The notes below the pieces were generated by a model, which was given only the letters and a program-made list of their open reading frames with translations, made no database searches and had not been told where the DNA came from. The position numbers and the translations under genes are program-made. A stretch of DNA of 61,297 bases, counting the filler, from Gemmatimonadota bacterium (GTDB lineage: Bacteria > 4572-55 > J002): assembly GCA_003697105.1 (NCBI GenBank). It is 4 parts of 4 records of this genome, joined end to end, with 100 filler letters (N's around TTAATTAATTAA, not from the genome) between each part and the next. Parts side by side here need not be neighbours in the genome. Positions count along the whole stretch, not along the records: positions 1 to 18,434 come from RFFQ01000048.1; 3 more parts are not named here. One strand, written 5' to 3'. Below, in pieces: positions 1-9,692 of the stretch (position 1 is its first letter; the number at the start of each line of letters is the position of its first letter).

Positions 1-1
1 A

Positions 2-106
2 CAATGGGCAATGGATAGGGAAAATCCAGGAAACGTAAGGATGAATGATTCCATAGGGGCGAATAATCATTCGCCCCTACAGAAGGATGAACCATGGCGC
101 ATCTAA
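2..106 (+). CDS. 3' end of a probable REP-associated tyrosine transposase (RAYT, IS200/Y1-like); 5'-truncated by window edge
   Basis: Frame from base 2 reads [34 protein letters not shown] (stop 104-106, overlapping the hsdR start). W-x2-D-x-ENP resembles the C-terminus of RAYT-like Y1 transposases, and the ORF contains a GTAG-type palindrome. Only 34 codons are visible. Confidence 0.5.
   Translation, partial: QWAMDRENPGNVRMNDSIGANNHSPLQKDEPWRI
54..80 (-). repeat. GTAG-family REP-like palindrome
   Basis: Perfect 11-bp inverted repeat TAGGGGCGAAT (54-64) / ATTCGCCCCTA (69-79) with a 4-nt loop; the minus strand starts GTAGGGGCGAAT. Confidence 0.7.
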
Positions 107-3100
107 CCGAAAACGCCATCGAACAGATGGCATTGGAACAATTGCAAACGCTGGGTTGGCAGATCGCCTTCGGGCCGGACATCGCCCCGGATGGGGATCG
201 ACCGGAACGGGAGACCTACGGCGAGGTGGTGCTGAAAAAACGGCTGCGGGAGGCGCTGGCGCGCATCAATCCTACCCTGCCGGAGGCGGCCATCGAGGAG
301 GCTTTACGCCAGGTGCTCACCCCGGATAGCCCGGCGCTGATCGAAAACAACCGCCGGTTCCACCGCATGCTTACCGATGGGGTGGATGTCTCTTGGATGG
401 GGCCGGAAGGGGAGCGGCACGGCAAGGTGTGGCTGCTCGACCTTGAGAACCCGGAGAACAACGACTGGCTTGCGGTCAATCAGTTCACCGTGATCGAGAA
501 CAAGCGCGAGCGCAGGCCGGATATCGTGCTCTTTATCAACGGCCTGCCGCTGGTGGTCATCGAGCTGAAGAACCCGGGGGCCGAACAGGCCACGCTGCTG
601 ACGGCGTTCAAGCAGTTGCAAACATACAAGCAAGATATCCCGTCGCTCTTTGCGTACAACGAAGTACTGGTGCTCTCCGACGGCATGCAGGCGCGCTTCG
701 GCACGCTGACGTCCGGCTGGGACCGGTTTATGCCCTGGCGTATGATTGACGGCACCGATCTCTACCGGGAGCCGGGCAACGAAAAGCAGAGCGAAGGCAT
801 GCTGCAGCCCGGCATGGAGACCCTGATCCGCGGCGTGTTCGAGCCGCGGCGCTTCCTGGACTACGTGATCAACTTCATCACCTTCGAGCAGGCGGAGGAG
901 GGCACGGCGGGCATCGCCAAGAAGGCGGCGGGGTATCACCAGTACCACGCGGTCAACCAGGCGCTTCGTTCCACACTGCTTGCCTGCGGCATCGAGGCGG
1001 ATGCGCAAGCGCTCTACGCACGGTTTCAGGAGGCCGAGGCAGCCGATCCCTTTGCGGTTCGCGAGCCGGAAGCCGCGTACCATGCGCAGCTCGGCGACCG
1101 GCGAGCCGGTGTCATCTGGCATACGCAGGGCTCGGGCAAGAGCCTCTCCATGGTCTTTTACGCCGGCAAGGTGATCCGTCATCCGGCCATGCAAAATCCC
1201 ACCATCGTTGTTATCACCGACCGCAACGACCTGGACAACCAGCTCTTCGGTACCTTTGCGGCGAACCGGCGGGTGCTGCGGCAAACGCCGGTGCAGGCGG
1301 AAAGCCGTGCGCATTTGCAGGAGCTGTTGCAGGTGGCCTCCGGCGGTGTGATTTTCACGACGATCCAAAAGTTTTTTCCTCAGAACACGGGCGATGCCTA
1401 TCCGCTGCTTTCTGAGCGCAGCAACATCGTGGTGATTGCCGACGAGGCGCACCGCAGCCAGTACGACTTCATCGACGGCTTCGCCCGCCACATGCGCGAC
1501 GCCCTGCCCAACGCCTCGTTCATCGGCTTCACCGGCACGCCCATCGAGAAGGAGGACAGGAACACCCGCGCGGTCTTCGGCGACTACATCTCCATCTACG
1601 ACATCCAGCGCGCCGTCGAGGACGGCGCGACCGTGCCCATCTACTACGAGAGTCGCCTTGCCAGGATCGAGCTCGATGAGGCAGAGAAGCCGCGCTTGGA
1701 CGAAGCGTTCGAGGAGATCGCCGAGGCCGAGGAGGATGCACTCCGGCGCGAGCGGATGAAGAGCAAGTGGGCGTCTCTGGAAGCCCTGGTGGGCGCCGAG
1801 AAGCGTATCCGGCTCGTTGCGGAAGACCTGGTGGCTCACTGGGAGCGGCGGCGTGAGGCGATGCTGGGCAAGAGCCTGATCGTCTGCATGAGCCGCCGCA
1901 TCTGCGTGGAGATGTCCAAGGCCATCACTGCGCTTCGCCCAGACTGGCACAGCGACGACGACGCCAAGGGCAGGATCAAGGTGGTGATGACCGGCTCGGC
2001 GTCCGATCCGCCCGACTGGCAGCCGCACGTGCGCAACAAGCAGCGGCGAGATTTCCTGGCACGGCGCTTGAAGGATCCCGAAGACGAGCTGGAACTGGTG
2101 ATCGTGCGCGATATGTGGCTCACGGGGTTCGACGCGCCGCCGCTGCACACGATGTACATCGATAAGCCCATGAGCGGCCACAACCTGATGCAGGCCATCG
2201 CCCGCGTAAACCGCGTGTTTCGCGACAAGCCCGGCGGGTTGGTCGTGGACTATCTGGGCATCGCCGACTCACTCAAGAAAGCTCTTGCGGTCTACGCAGA
2301 CAGCGGCGGCCGGGGCAAGGCCGCCATCGACCAGGCCGAGGCGGTGGCGGTCATGAAGGAGAAGTACGAGGTGGTCTGCGGCATCCTGCACGGATTCGAC
2401 TACCGGCGGCTGCTTGTCGCTGCCCCAGAAACCCGCCTGCAGGGCATCGCCGAGGCGATGGACTTCATTCTGGCGCAGGCGGACGGCAAGAAGCGCTACC
2501 TCCAGGCCGTGGCGGCGCTCTCCAAGGCCTTTGCCCTGGCGGTGCCGCACGAGGAGGCGCTCGCCATCCGCGACGCGGTGGGCCTTTTCCAGGAGATCAG
2601 GGCATCCCTGATCAAGGCCACGGTGAGTTCGGCGAAGCGCACGCCGGAGGAGATCGAGGCGGCGGTGCGGCAACTTGTTTCGGAGGCGGTCTCCGGCCGC
2701 GAGGTGGTGGACATCTTATCCGCGGCGGGTCTAGATAAGCCAGATATCTCCATCCTTTCTGATGAGTTCCTCGCGGAAGTCCGGGCGATTCCTCAGAAGA
2801 ACCTGGCTGTCGAGACACTGAAAAGGCTCCTTGAGGACGAAATACGGGTGCGCCTGCGCAAGAACGTTGTGCAATCGCGCGCCTTCTCGGAGCTACTGGA
2901 GCAGGCGCTCATTAAGTATCACAACCGCGCCATCGAGGCGGCGCAAGTGATCGAAGAACTCATCGCCATTGCCAAGCAGATGCGGGAGGCCGCGCAGCGC
3001 GGCGAGACGCTCGGGCTGTCTGAAGACGAAGCGGCCTTCTACGATGTGCTGGCTTCCAATGACAGCGCGGTGCAGGTCCTGGGGGACGAGATGCTCAAGA

Positions 3101-3303
3101 AGATCGCCCAGGAGTTGGTGGAACGGGTGCGCAGGAGTGTCTCGGTGGATTGGAGCAAACGGGAGAATGCCCGGGCGCAGCTTCGGGTGCTGGTCAAACG
3201 CATTCTGCGCAAGTACGGCTATCCGCCGGACAAACAGGAGCAGGCCACCGAGCTTGTCTTGGAACAGACGGAGGTTCTGTGCGAGGACTGGGTGACGGCG
3301 TGA
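94..3303 (+). CDS. hsdR: Type I restriction enzyme R subunit (HsdR)
   Basis: 1069 aa; nuclease motif [19 protein letters not shown], Walker [13 protein letters not shown] box, motif [11 protein letters not shown]-terminal [11 protein letters not shown]. Visibly more GC-rich than the rest of the window. Confidence 0.97.
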   Translation: MAHLTENAIEQMALEQLQTLGWQIAFGPDIAPDGDRPERETYGEVVLKKRLREALARINPTLPEAAIEEALRQVLTPDSPALIENNRRFHRMLTDGVDVSWMGPEGERHGKVWLLDLENPENNDWLAVNQFTVIENKRERRPDIVLFINGLPLVVIELKNPGAEQATLLTAFKQLQTYKQDIPSLFAYNEVLVLSDGMQARFGTLTSGWDRFMPWRMIDGTDLYREPGNEKQSEGMLQPGMETLIRGVFEPRRFLDYVINFITFEQAEEGTAGIAKKAAGYHQYHAVNQALRSTLLACGIEADAQALYARFQEAEAADPFAVREPEAAYHAQLGDRRAGVIWHTQGSGKSLSMVFYAGKVIRHPAMQNPTIVVITDRNDLDNQLFGTFAANRRVLRQTPVQAESRAHLQELLQVASGGVIFTTIQKFFPQNTGDAYPLLSERSNIVVIADEAHRSQYDFIDGFARHMRDALPNASFIGFTGTPIEKEDRNTRAVFGDYISIYDIQRAVEDGATVPIYYESRLARIELDEAEKPRLDEAFEEIAEAEEDALRRERMKSKWASLEALVGAEKRIRLVAEDLVAHWERRREAMLGKSLIVCMSRRICVEMSKAITALRPDWHSDDDAKGRIKVVMTGSASDPPDWQPHVRNKQRRDFLARRLKDPEDELELVIVRDMWLTGFDAPPLHTMYIDKPMSGHNLMQAIARVNRVFRDKPGGLVVDYLGIADSLKKALAVYADSGGRGKAAIDQAEAVAVMKEKYEVVCGILHGFDYRRLLVAAPETRLQGIAEAMDFILAQADGKKRYLQAVAALSKAFALAVPHEEALAIRDAVGLFQEIRASLIKATVSSAKRTPEEIEAAVRQLVSEAVSGREVVDILSAAGLDKPDISILSDEFLAEVRAIPQKNLAVETLKRLLEDEIRVRLRKNVVQSRAFSELLEQALIKYHNRAIEAAQVIEELIAIAKQMREAAQRGETLGLSEDEAAFYDVLASNDSAVQVLGDEMLKKIAQELVERVRRSVSVDWSKRENARAQLRVLVKRILRKYGYPPDKQEQATELVLEQTEVLCEDWVTA

Positions 3304-3612
3304 GAGCGGCTGGTCGCAAGCTCTCGTCTTCCTTAAGCGATCTCTTCCCGAATCTCAGCTATCCCGGGGTCGCGGCGCTCGACCGGGCTGATTTCGTGCG
3401 GGCGGGTGAAACCCTGTACGCACGCATGAACGGTTCTGCCGCTATCAAGGGCATCTTGACAACCCAAGCATTTTCCCATTTCATCTGGCTCATGTCTCAG
3501 CCGAGCATGTGGCATCCCTCTCTCCTCGCTTGAACATCCTGCACCACGGTCTGGATGACGATCTGGTGATGCTGCGAGAAGAGGGCTAGAGTTCAAAAGA
3601 AAGGAATTCATA

Positions 3613-4722
3613 ATGAAAACCATTGTTGTACTCGGTGCCGGATTAGTCGGCAAAGCGATGGCGCTGGATTTGGCACACGATTATGCCGTTACCGTCGCGG
3701 ATATTAATCCGGTAAATTTGAAACCCTTACGCAATCAAAATATAAAAACGATTGAAATCGATCTCTCCCAACCGGAGAATATCAAGACGGTTGTTCAGGA
3801 GGCGGCGCTGGTGATTGGCGCAATACCGGGCTTTATGGGGTTTGATACGCTCAAAACCGTCATTGAAGCCGGCAAACCTATTGTGGATATTTCCTTTTTT
3901 GATGAAGACCCCTTTACGCTCGATCAACTCGCAAAAGAGAAAAATGTGACAGCAATTGTCGATTGTGGGGTTGCACCGGGCATGAGTAACGCTATTTTGG
4001 GCTATCATAACGCCCGGATGACTGTAAACCGGTTTGAATGCTACGTGGGCGGACTACCCCACGTGCGCACCCAACCCTATGAATACAAAGCCCCCTTTTC
4101 GCCACTGGATGTAATAGAAGAATACACCCGTCCCGCCCGATGGGTCGAACATGGAAAGCTGGTGACCCAACCGGCACTTTCTGAACCCGAATTAATGGAA
4201 TTTGAAGGCATCGGCACGTTGGAAGCGTTCAACACGGACGGGTTGCGCTCCTTGCTAAAAACGATGAATATCCCTTACATGAAAGAAAAAACGTTACGCT
4301 ACCCGGGACACCGCCGGTTGGTGGAAATTCTGCGCGAAACCGGCTTTTTCCGCAAGGATGAGATCGAAGTCCGCGGTACCCGCGTCCGCCCGCTCGATGT
4401 GACCGCCCAGTTGCTGTTTCCCATCTGGCAATTGCAACCGGAGGATGAAGAATTTACGGTGATGAAGGTTCGGCTAGAAGGGGAAGGCAAAATCCTTGAA
4501 TACAACTTGCTAGACCGGTACGATCCGCTCACCCGGACCCGTTCAATGGCACGGACTACCGGCTATACTGCCACCGTCACGGCACGATTAGTCTTGGATG
4601 GACATTTTCAGCGCAAAGGAATTTCCCCCCCAGAATTCATCGGTACCGATGAAAACTGCTTCCAACGGCTGTTGGCAGGGCTGGCGGAACGCGGTGTTTA
4701 TTACCACGTTACCACTCGTTGA
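3613..4722 (+). CDS. Saccharopine dehydrogenase / lysine 6-dehydrogenase family protein
   Basis: Rossmann VLGAGLVG, DCGVAPG, YVGGLP, EAFNTDGLRSL, EKTLRYPGH, SMARTTGY; RBS AAGGA upstream. Confidence 0.9.
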   Translation: MKTIVVLGAGLVGKAMALDLAHDYAVTVADINPVNLKPLRNQNIKTIEIDLSQPENIKTVVQEAALVIGAIPGFMGFDTLKTVIEAGKPIVDISFFDEDPFTLDQLAKEKNVTAIVDCGVAPGMSNAILGYHNARMTVNRFECYVGGLPHVRTQPYEYKAPFSPLDVIEEYTRPARWVEHGKLVTQPALSEPELMEFEGIGTLEAFNTDGLRSLLKTMNIPYMKEKTLRYPGHRRLVEILRETGFFRKDEIEVRGTRVRPLDVTAQLLFPIWQLQPEDEEFTVMKVRLEGEGKILEYNLLDRYDPLTRTRSMARTTGYTATVTARLVLDGHFQRKGISPPEFIGTDENCFQRLLAGLAERGVYYHVTTR

Positions 4723-5214
4723 TCAGTGCCAATAGAGGTCTCCTTTCATCAAACCGACAATGGTACGGAGATGCTGGACATCCGCATAATGGCGGGCATC
4801 GGCAATTGCGTCGGAAGCATTCAAGTGGTATGCAACTACATCATAATGGGGATGGGGTTTGGGTTCATGTAGAACGACAAATAGGCGGTCGATCCACTGC
4901 TCGCGTTCAATTTCAGCTGGGTATTCAGGATTCAGCCACGCGGGATTGGGATGTGGGGAGGGTTTTCCGGCGACCGGATGCGCCACATATCGCTTTTCAA
5001 ACAGCCACAATTGGGTGTAGCCCGCCGGAATTTTTTCGTACGCCTCCTGAAGGTCAAATTCCGGCGCGAGCAAATAGCTCCACCGGTGCTGGCGACGATT
5101 GGTCATATAAATGAAGGTGTAGCCATCTGAGCAAACACCGGCAACGTCAAATGGGGTCTGGGGGGGTTGAAGGATCGCTTCGATATAGGGGATGTACAAT
5201 TCTGTTTTCGGCAT
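4723..5214 (-). CDS. Hypothetical protein
   Basis: ORF directly downstream of the GNAT gene; GGAG RBS favours the ATG at 5214 (MPKTELYIPY); no family recognised. Confidence 0.65.
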   Translation of the reverse strand: MPKTELYIPYIEAILQPPQTPFDVAGVCSDGYTFIYMTNRRQHRWSYLLAPEFDLQEAYEKIPAGYTQLWLFEKRYVAHPVAGKPSPHPNPAWLNPEYPAEIEREQWIDRLFVVLHEPKPHPHYDVVAYHLNASDAIADARHYADVQHLRTIVGLMKGDLYWH

Positions 5215-5225
5215 GATTGCCTCCA

Positions 5226-6275
5226 TCAATAAAGATCAGCATCACCCATTGTATAAAACCAGTTTGCCGTCATCCATTCTAAGGTAATATCGGGGCGGAA
5301 GGGTAACGCCACTAATTTATATTCGGTCTCTTCCCGGTGAAAACCGTGTCCGGTAAACACCGCTTCAAATTGGGGGTAATGGGGTGGTAGCCACGTTTCT
5401 AAGCGCTCACTACCAGCAATTCGGGCGGAATTTTCTATCCCCCGGAACAGCACCCGTAGCACTACGGCATCTGCCGGGTCAAACAGCCAATCCACAAGCA
5501 ACCCATTTTTCTGGGCGGGATAATTCGCTCGGAAAATTGCCCATCCCAACAGTTCGCCTGTCGATTTTTCAAACACACCTATCGGTAAATACTCCACTAC
5601 CGGACAGTCACAGTAGCGCCAATTTAAGTATGTCGCATCACGAATAATACCCAACCGGATATGATGTTGGACCCGGTTCCACAGGGTATCGGCACGGGCA
5701 TCAAATCGATCTATTTTACGGATATCATAGCGCCGTTTTTGGGTTTTGAAGAAGAGGCGCTCCGGCAGGGAAAGCTGTTCCCCAGCCGGAATCCGCTTGA
5801 CCATTGCCTGTACCTGATGGATAAATTGGTACGGGTACTTAAATCGTTTTTTAGCGATCCGGTACGCGCGGGAGTTGGGAAATCCGTAACAAAAGTGGTT
5901 CAATGGGCCCCGTGCCACACCGGCATAATCCACAAGCTGTTCAAATAACGGTTTTTTGGTCAGGCTTTTGCGATACTTCGGGTCAACCGCCGTGTCCACG
6001 ATTTGGCTGGAGATAATCGTTTGCTCCTGATAACGGTAGCGAGCGCAAACCGTAGCATACTGTGCCGCCATTTTTCCATCGGGCGCTTGCGCGATGAGGG
6101 TTTGATTTCCAGCGGGATTTTCGCCAAACTTCCATTGCCAATGTGCCATAGTACGTTCCTGCTGGAAGACACGCCGGTACAATGCTACCAACTCCGCCTC
6201 ATCGCCGGGACGGTACGGGCGCAAGGTGATACCACCCGCAATTTGCAAAGGATCATCTTGGAGAACAATTGACAT
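5226..6275 (-). CDS. GNAT-family N-acetyltransferase (tandem GNAT fold)
   Basis: LRPYRPGDE start, HWQWKF..NP, DTAVDPKYRK acetyl-CoA motif A, YGFPN, RDATYLNWRY, FYTMGDAD C-terminus. Confidence 0.82.
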   Translation of the reverse strand: MSIVLQDDPLQIAGGITLRPYRPGDEAELVALYRRVFQQERTMAHWQWKFGENPAGNQTLIAQAPDGKMAAQYATVCARYRYQEQTIISSQIVDTAVDPKYRKSLTKKPLFEQLVDYAGVARGPLNHFCYGFPNSRAYRIAKKRFKYPYQFIHQVQAMVKRIPAGEQLSLPERLFFKTQKRRYDIRKIDRFDARADTLWNRVQHHIRLGIIRDATYLNWRYCDCPVVEYLPIGVFEKSTGELLGWAIFRANYPAQKNGLLVDWLFDPADAVVLRVLFRGIENSARIAGSERLETWLPPHYPQFEAVFTGHGFHREETEYKLVALPFRPDITLEWMTANWFYTMGDADLY

Positions 6276-6296
6276 AACTCCGAATCCAAATTTTGC

Positions 6297-6326
6297 TTGA
6301 CAGAGTGATAAAATCTCGTTTAGAAT
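6297..6326 (+). promoter_or_regulatory. sigma70-type promoter of the STAS gene
   Basis: TTGACA (6297-6302), 18-bp spacer, TAGAAT (6321-6326). Confidence 0.55.
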
Positions 6327-6373
6327 GGCTCAATATGACCTTGTTTATCGACCTTGATTCAGGAAGCCCCCCC

Positions 6374-6769
6374 ATGCAACTCATTGAAACCCTAACAGCT
6401 CCAGAAGCCACAATTCAGGCAAAACAACCGGTAGATGATGCCGCCACACTGGTACTTGAATTTTCCGGAAGTTTGAACACCATCACTACCGGGATTTTTT
6501 TTCTGGAAAACGCCGGGTTTTTCACCAGTTGGCTGAATCAAAAATTGAAAAAAACCGTAATCGATTTACGCCAAGTGGAGTATCTCAATTCCATGGCGAT
6601 TGGGCATATCACCCAATATTGCATCGCGTTGGACAAAGAGCAGATCATTGTTGAGGTTGTGGTGATCAAGGGTTCAGAAGTCCATAGTATTTTGCAATTT
6701 TGCGGCTTTTTTGATCTGCCGGGAATTCGCCTTCAGGAAATGGAAGCCCTCCCTGAAACGCAACCTTAA
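6374..6769 (+). CDS. STAS-domain protein (anti-sigma-factor antagonist-like)
   Basis: LEFSGSLN...VIDLRQVEYLNSMAIG (phosphorylatable Ser position)...ILQFCGF. The ATG at 6374 follows AGGA and lies downstream of the promoter; the ORF-track start at 6293 lies upstream of it. Confidence 0.75.
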   Translation: MQLIETLTAPEATIQAKQPVDDAATLVLEFSGSLNTITTGIFFLENAGFFTSWLNQKLKKTVIDLRQVEYLNSMAIGHITQYCIALDKEQIIVEVVVIKGSEVHSILQFCGFFDLPGIRLQEMEALPETQP

Positions 6770-7875
6770 TCTGCATCCTTTACACACCGGAACCCAACCA
6801 CAAAATCCCGATAATCCACTGGAACGCCCTGCCGGGATGCCACAATTGCCAAATGATAATTATTGAGATACGAGCCACCGCGCAATACTCGTAAGGGAGA
6901 TTCCTCTAAAGGTATGTGTGGATTTCGGGTATCTGCTCGTTTCAGATAATCCGGTAGATAGGCATCCGCACACCACTCCCACAAATTTCCGGCTAAATCC
7001 TCCACCCCATACGGGCTGGCCCCTTTCGGAAACGTCCCCACCGGCGCAAGCCCCAGATACGTATCATCCACATCACTTGTGTTTGCCCGATCCGGTTCAA
7101 ATGTACTGCCCCACGGGAAGAGTTGAATGTGGTCCCCGCGTGCCGCTTTTTCCCACTCTGCCTCGGTCGGTAAGCGCTTACCCGCCCACGCGGCAAAGGC
7201 TTGTGCCCCGGCAAACGTAACATACACCACCGGATAGTTTTCATATCCTTTTCGGACAACATATTCCGCGCCGGAAGGATAAATCCGGGTATAGGTTTTA
7301 TCATATTTGATCAATTGATCAATCGTATCAGGCTTGACCGCATTGAGAAAACGGGCAAAATCCGCATTGGTAACTTCATATTTATCGATGTAAAACGCAT
7401 CCACATATACCCGTTTCGCCGGTGTTTGGTTCGCAAACCATTCCCGCTGAAACGTCTCATCACGCGCCAACAGAGAATCAATTTGGTCTTCCCGTAAACC
7501 CATGGTAAACTCACCCGCCGGAATGTAGATCATCTCCACATCTGTTTTTTCGTCACCCTGCATCTCACGATGTCGCAATTGTTCCAAATCGATTTTGACT
7601 CGTGTCGTCTGCCCGGGTTCGACACGCACCATCTGGCTGTGAGCCGGATAATTCGCTTTATTCAGTTGCAAAAAATAAAGTCCCGGGACGATGTCCTGCA
7701 GTTGAAGTGGTGTTTCACCTTTGAGATGACCTTGAAACTGAACGGTTGCCCCAGAAGGTATCGACTCGATGACCACCTGACCGGGTTCAATTTTGGGGGA
7801 CATTGTCCCCCGCCAGTAGATTAATCCCCCTACAACGAGGGCAAGAACAGCAATGGTGATTAGCACCTGTTTCAT
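6766..7875 (-). CDS. PEGA-domain + formylglycine-generating-enzyme (FGE-sulfatase/SUMF1) domain protein
   Basis: N-terminal TM anchor; PEGA IESIPSGATV...GETPL; FGE motifs IPAGEFTMG, FYIDKYEVTN, RLPTEAEWEKAARG, DLAGNLWEW, RGGSY, GFRC. Confidence 0.9.
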   Translation of the reverse strand: MKQVLITIAVLALVVGGLIYWRGTMSPKIEPGQVVIESIPSGATVQFQGHLKGETPLQLQDIVPGLYFLQLNKANYPAHSQMVRVEPGQTTRVKIDLEQLRHREMQGDEKTDVEMIYIPAGEFTMGLREDQIDSLLARDETFQREWFANQTPAKRVYVDAFYIDKYEVTNADFARFLNAVKPDTIDQLIKYDKTYTRIYPSGAEYVVRKGYENYPVVYVTFAGAQAFAAWAGKRLPTEAEWEKAARGDHIQLFPWGSTFEPDRANTSDVDDTYLGLAPVGTFPKGASPYGVEDLAGNLWEWCADAYLPDYLKRADTRNPHIPLEESPLRVLRGGSYLNNYHLAIVASRQGVPVDYRDFVVGFRCVKDAD

Positions 7876-7898
7876 TCGTTTTTTCCATATTTAAGTTG

Positions 7899-7954
7899 TT
7901 GATGTTTCGTAAAGAGTAGGTTATAATAGTAGCCAGCGTTTTTCTGGATGTCAA
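7899..7954. promoter_or_regulatory. Overlapping divergent sigma70 promoters (MCP gene and FGE gene)
   Basis: + strand TTGATG (7899-7904)-17-TATAAT (7922-7927); - strand TTGACA (7954-7949)-17-TACTAT (7931-7926). Confidence 0.6.
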
Positions 7955-7997
7955 TAGGTATTCCACTAGGTATCAGCCTCTTCTGAAAGTTCTTACG

Positions 7998-9605
7998 ATG
8001 CGTCACACTATTCTATCGGTCACCTTTAGCGGGTTTATCATTTTTCTGATTGTTTTACAAACCTTTCGATTATACGCTACCGTTCAAGACCTCAACCGGA
8101 ACGCCATTCAAGAGGTGAAAACACATGCCTTTCTTTTGGGGAATTTGGCAGAAGAACTCTATCTTCAGGGTCGTTTTGAGGCATTAGAAAACCGGTTGAA
8201 CGAAAGTTTAGAGAAAACAGCGGTCAGCGCCCTTTTTTTCGGCTCGAATATCTCCTTTTTAGATGACTTTAAAACCACGTATGGGGATTGGGGAGAAATA
8301 TCACCGGAATTTTCACCGCATGATTCATTAGCAGTGGTTCATCCCCATCTGGTTCAAGCCGATTACTTTTATTTTGATTATCGTGAATCCAGCAATACCG
8401 GTATCTGGGTGAAGTTACCGGTCAATTATCGTCCGGTGGTTTATCAGGAACTTCGGTTTTTGTTCGGCGCCATCGTGTTCGGTTTAATTGTCATCGGCTT
8501 GATACAATTTTTTTTAGAACGGGTTGTCATCAAACCCGTCCGGCGCATCACCCAACAAATGAAGATAATGGCACAGGGTAAAGGTGACCTCACCCAACGG
8601 CTCGGCATTACCGCGAAAGGAGAAATTGGGGCACTGGCACACGCATTTGACCAGTTGATGGATCATTACCACCATCTGATTTCGGAAGTTATTCGCACTG
8701 CGGAGGAAGTGCGGATGGACATCACCAATTTAAGTGCAGTTAGCGAGGAGATTAACACGAGTTCCCAACAAATGGTGATAACCATCCAAGAGATTTCCGA
8801 TGGGGCACAACACCAATCCGAACAAACCGGAAGTATTTTTAAGAGTTCTTCTGAAGTTGCCGGTGTTTCGGATCAAGTCTATCAGGCGGCAAAATCTGCC
8901 CAAGACGCCGCCACACTGGTGGCAGAAGCGGCACACAACAGCGAGCAGTCTATGGAAGAAATCAATAGCCGCATCAGCGAAATCTCTCACGTTTCCCGCC
9001 AAGCGGTAGGGATTGTGCAACACCTCAGCGAAAAAACGCGACGCATCCGGTTAATTGTCCGGACGATTGATGATATTTCACGCCAAGTGAATTTACTCGC
9101 ACTCAACGCCGCCATTGAAGCCTCCCACGCCGGCGAGCACGGACGGGGATTCGCCGTGGTGGCAGAAGAAATTCGGCGATTAGCCTCCCAAACCGATGAG
9201 TCAACCCATGAAATTGCCCAACTTATTGAAGAAATTGAAGAAACCACACAAGAAACAGCAACCCAAACCGACCGCGTGACGGATCGCGTTGTCGCCGGTG
9301 AGCGGGTCATCCGCCGCAGTACGTCTATTTTGGAAACCATTGTTACCGAAGCGAAACGATCCACCACCTTAGTGCAATCCATTCGGCAACTCGCGTCAGA
9401 GCAAAAAGAGATTGTTCAAGCACTGGTCAATAATCTGGAAGAGATTTCCCGGGTGGCAGAAGTCAATGCGGCTAATTCCGAAGAAGTCTCTGCCGCCAGC
9501 GAACAACAAACCGCCTCGATGGAAGAAATTGCCGCGACCGTGCAAAGTGTGCTGGATCGGGTCAATGTGTTGACAGAATTGGTACAACGCTTTAAAATTA
9601 CGTGA
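7998..9605 (+). CDS. Methyl-accepting chemotaxis protein
   Basis: Two TM segments, HAMP (KPVRRI...GDLTQRL...[10 protein letters not shown]), signalling tip [34 protein letters not shown]. Confidence 0.95.
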   Translation: MRHTILSVTFSGFIIFLIVLQTFRLYATVQDLNRNAIQEVKTHAFLLGNLAEELYLQGRFEALENRLNESLEKTAVSALFFGSNISFLDDFKTTYGDWGEISPEFSPHDSLAVVHPHLVQADYFYFDYRESSNTGIWVKLPVNYRPVVYQELRFLFGAIVFGLIVIGLIQFFLERVVIKPVRRITQQMKIMAQGKGDLTQRLGITAKGEIGALAHAFDQLMDHYHHLISEVIRTAEEVRMDITNLSAVSEEINTSSQQMVITIQEISDGAQHQSEQTGSIFKSSSEVAGVSDQVYQAAKSAQDAATLVAEAAHNSEQSMEEINSRISEISHVSRQAVGIVQHLSEKTRRIRLIVRTIDDISRQVNLLALNAAIEASHAGEHGRGFAVVAEEIRRLASQTDESTHEIAQLIEEIEETTQETATQTDRVTDRVVAGERVIRRSTSILETIVTEAKRSTTLVQSIRQLASEQKEIVQALVNNLEEISRVAEVNAANSEEVSAASEQQTASMEEIAATVQSVLDRVNVLTELVQRFKIT

Positions 9606-9627
9606 GGAACAAGAGGCGTCATCGATC

Positions 9628-9667
9628 CAAAAAACCCGTCTTTTCCGGTGAGAAGACGGGTTTTTTG
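9628..9667. terminator. Bidirectional intrinsic terminator
   Basis: CAAAAAACCCGTCTT / AAGACGGGTTTTTTG inverted repeat between convergent genes. Confidence 0.85.
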
Positions 9668-9692
9668 TTGTGAGCATACCACCATTTTACGT

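Noticed and set aside
304-2181. 625-aa minus-strand ORF and other long ORFs overlapping hsdR
   Set aside because: Antisense shadows of a GC-rich gene; no motifs, and fully overlapped by a confident CDS.
3150-3533. 127-aa ORF overlapping the hsdR end (tail SLSDLFPNLSYPGVAALDRADFVRAGETLYARM)
   Set aside because: No clear RBS or family; may be a remnant but cannot be supported.
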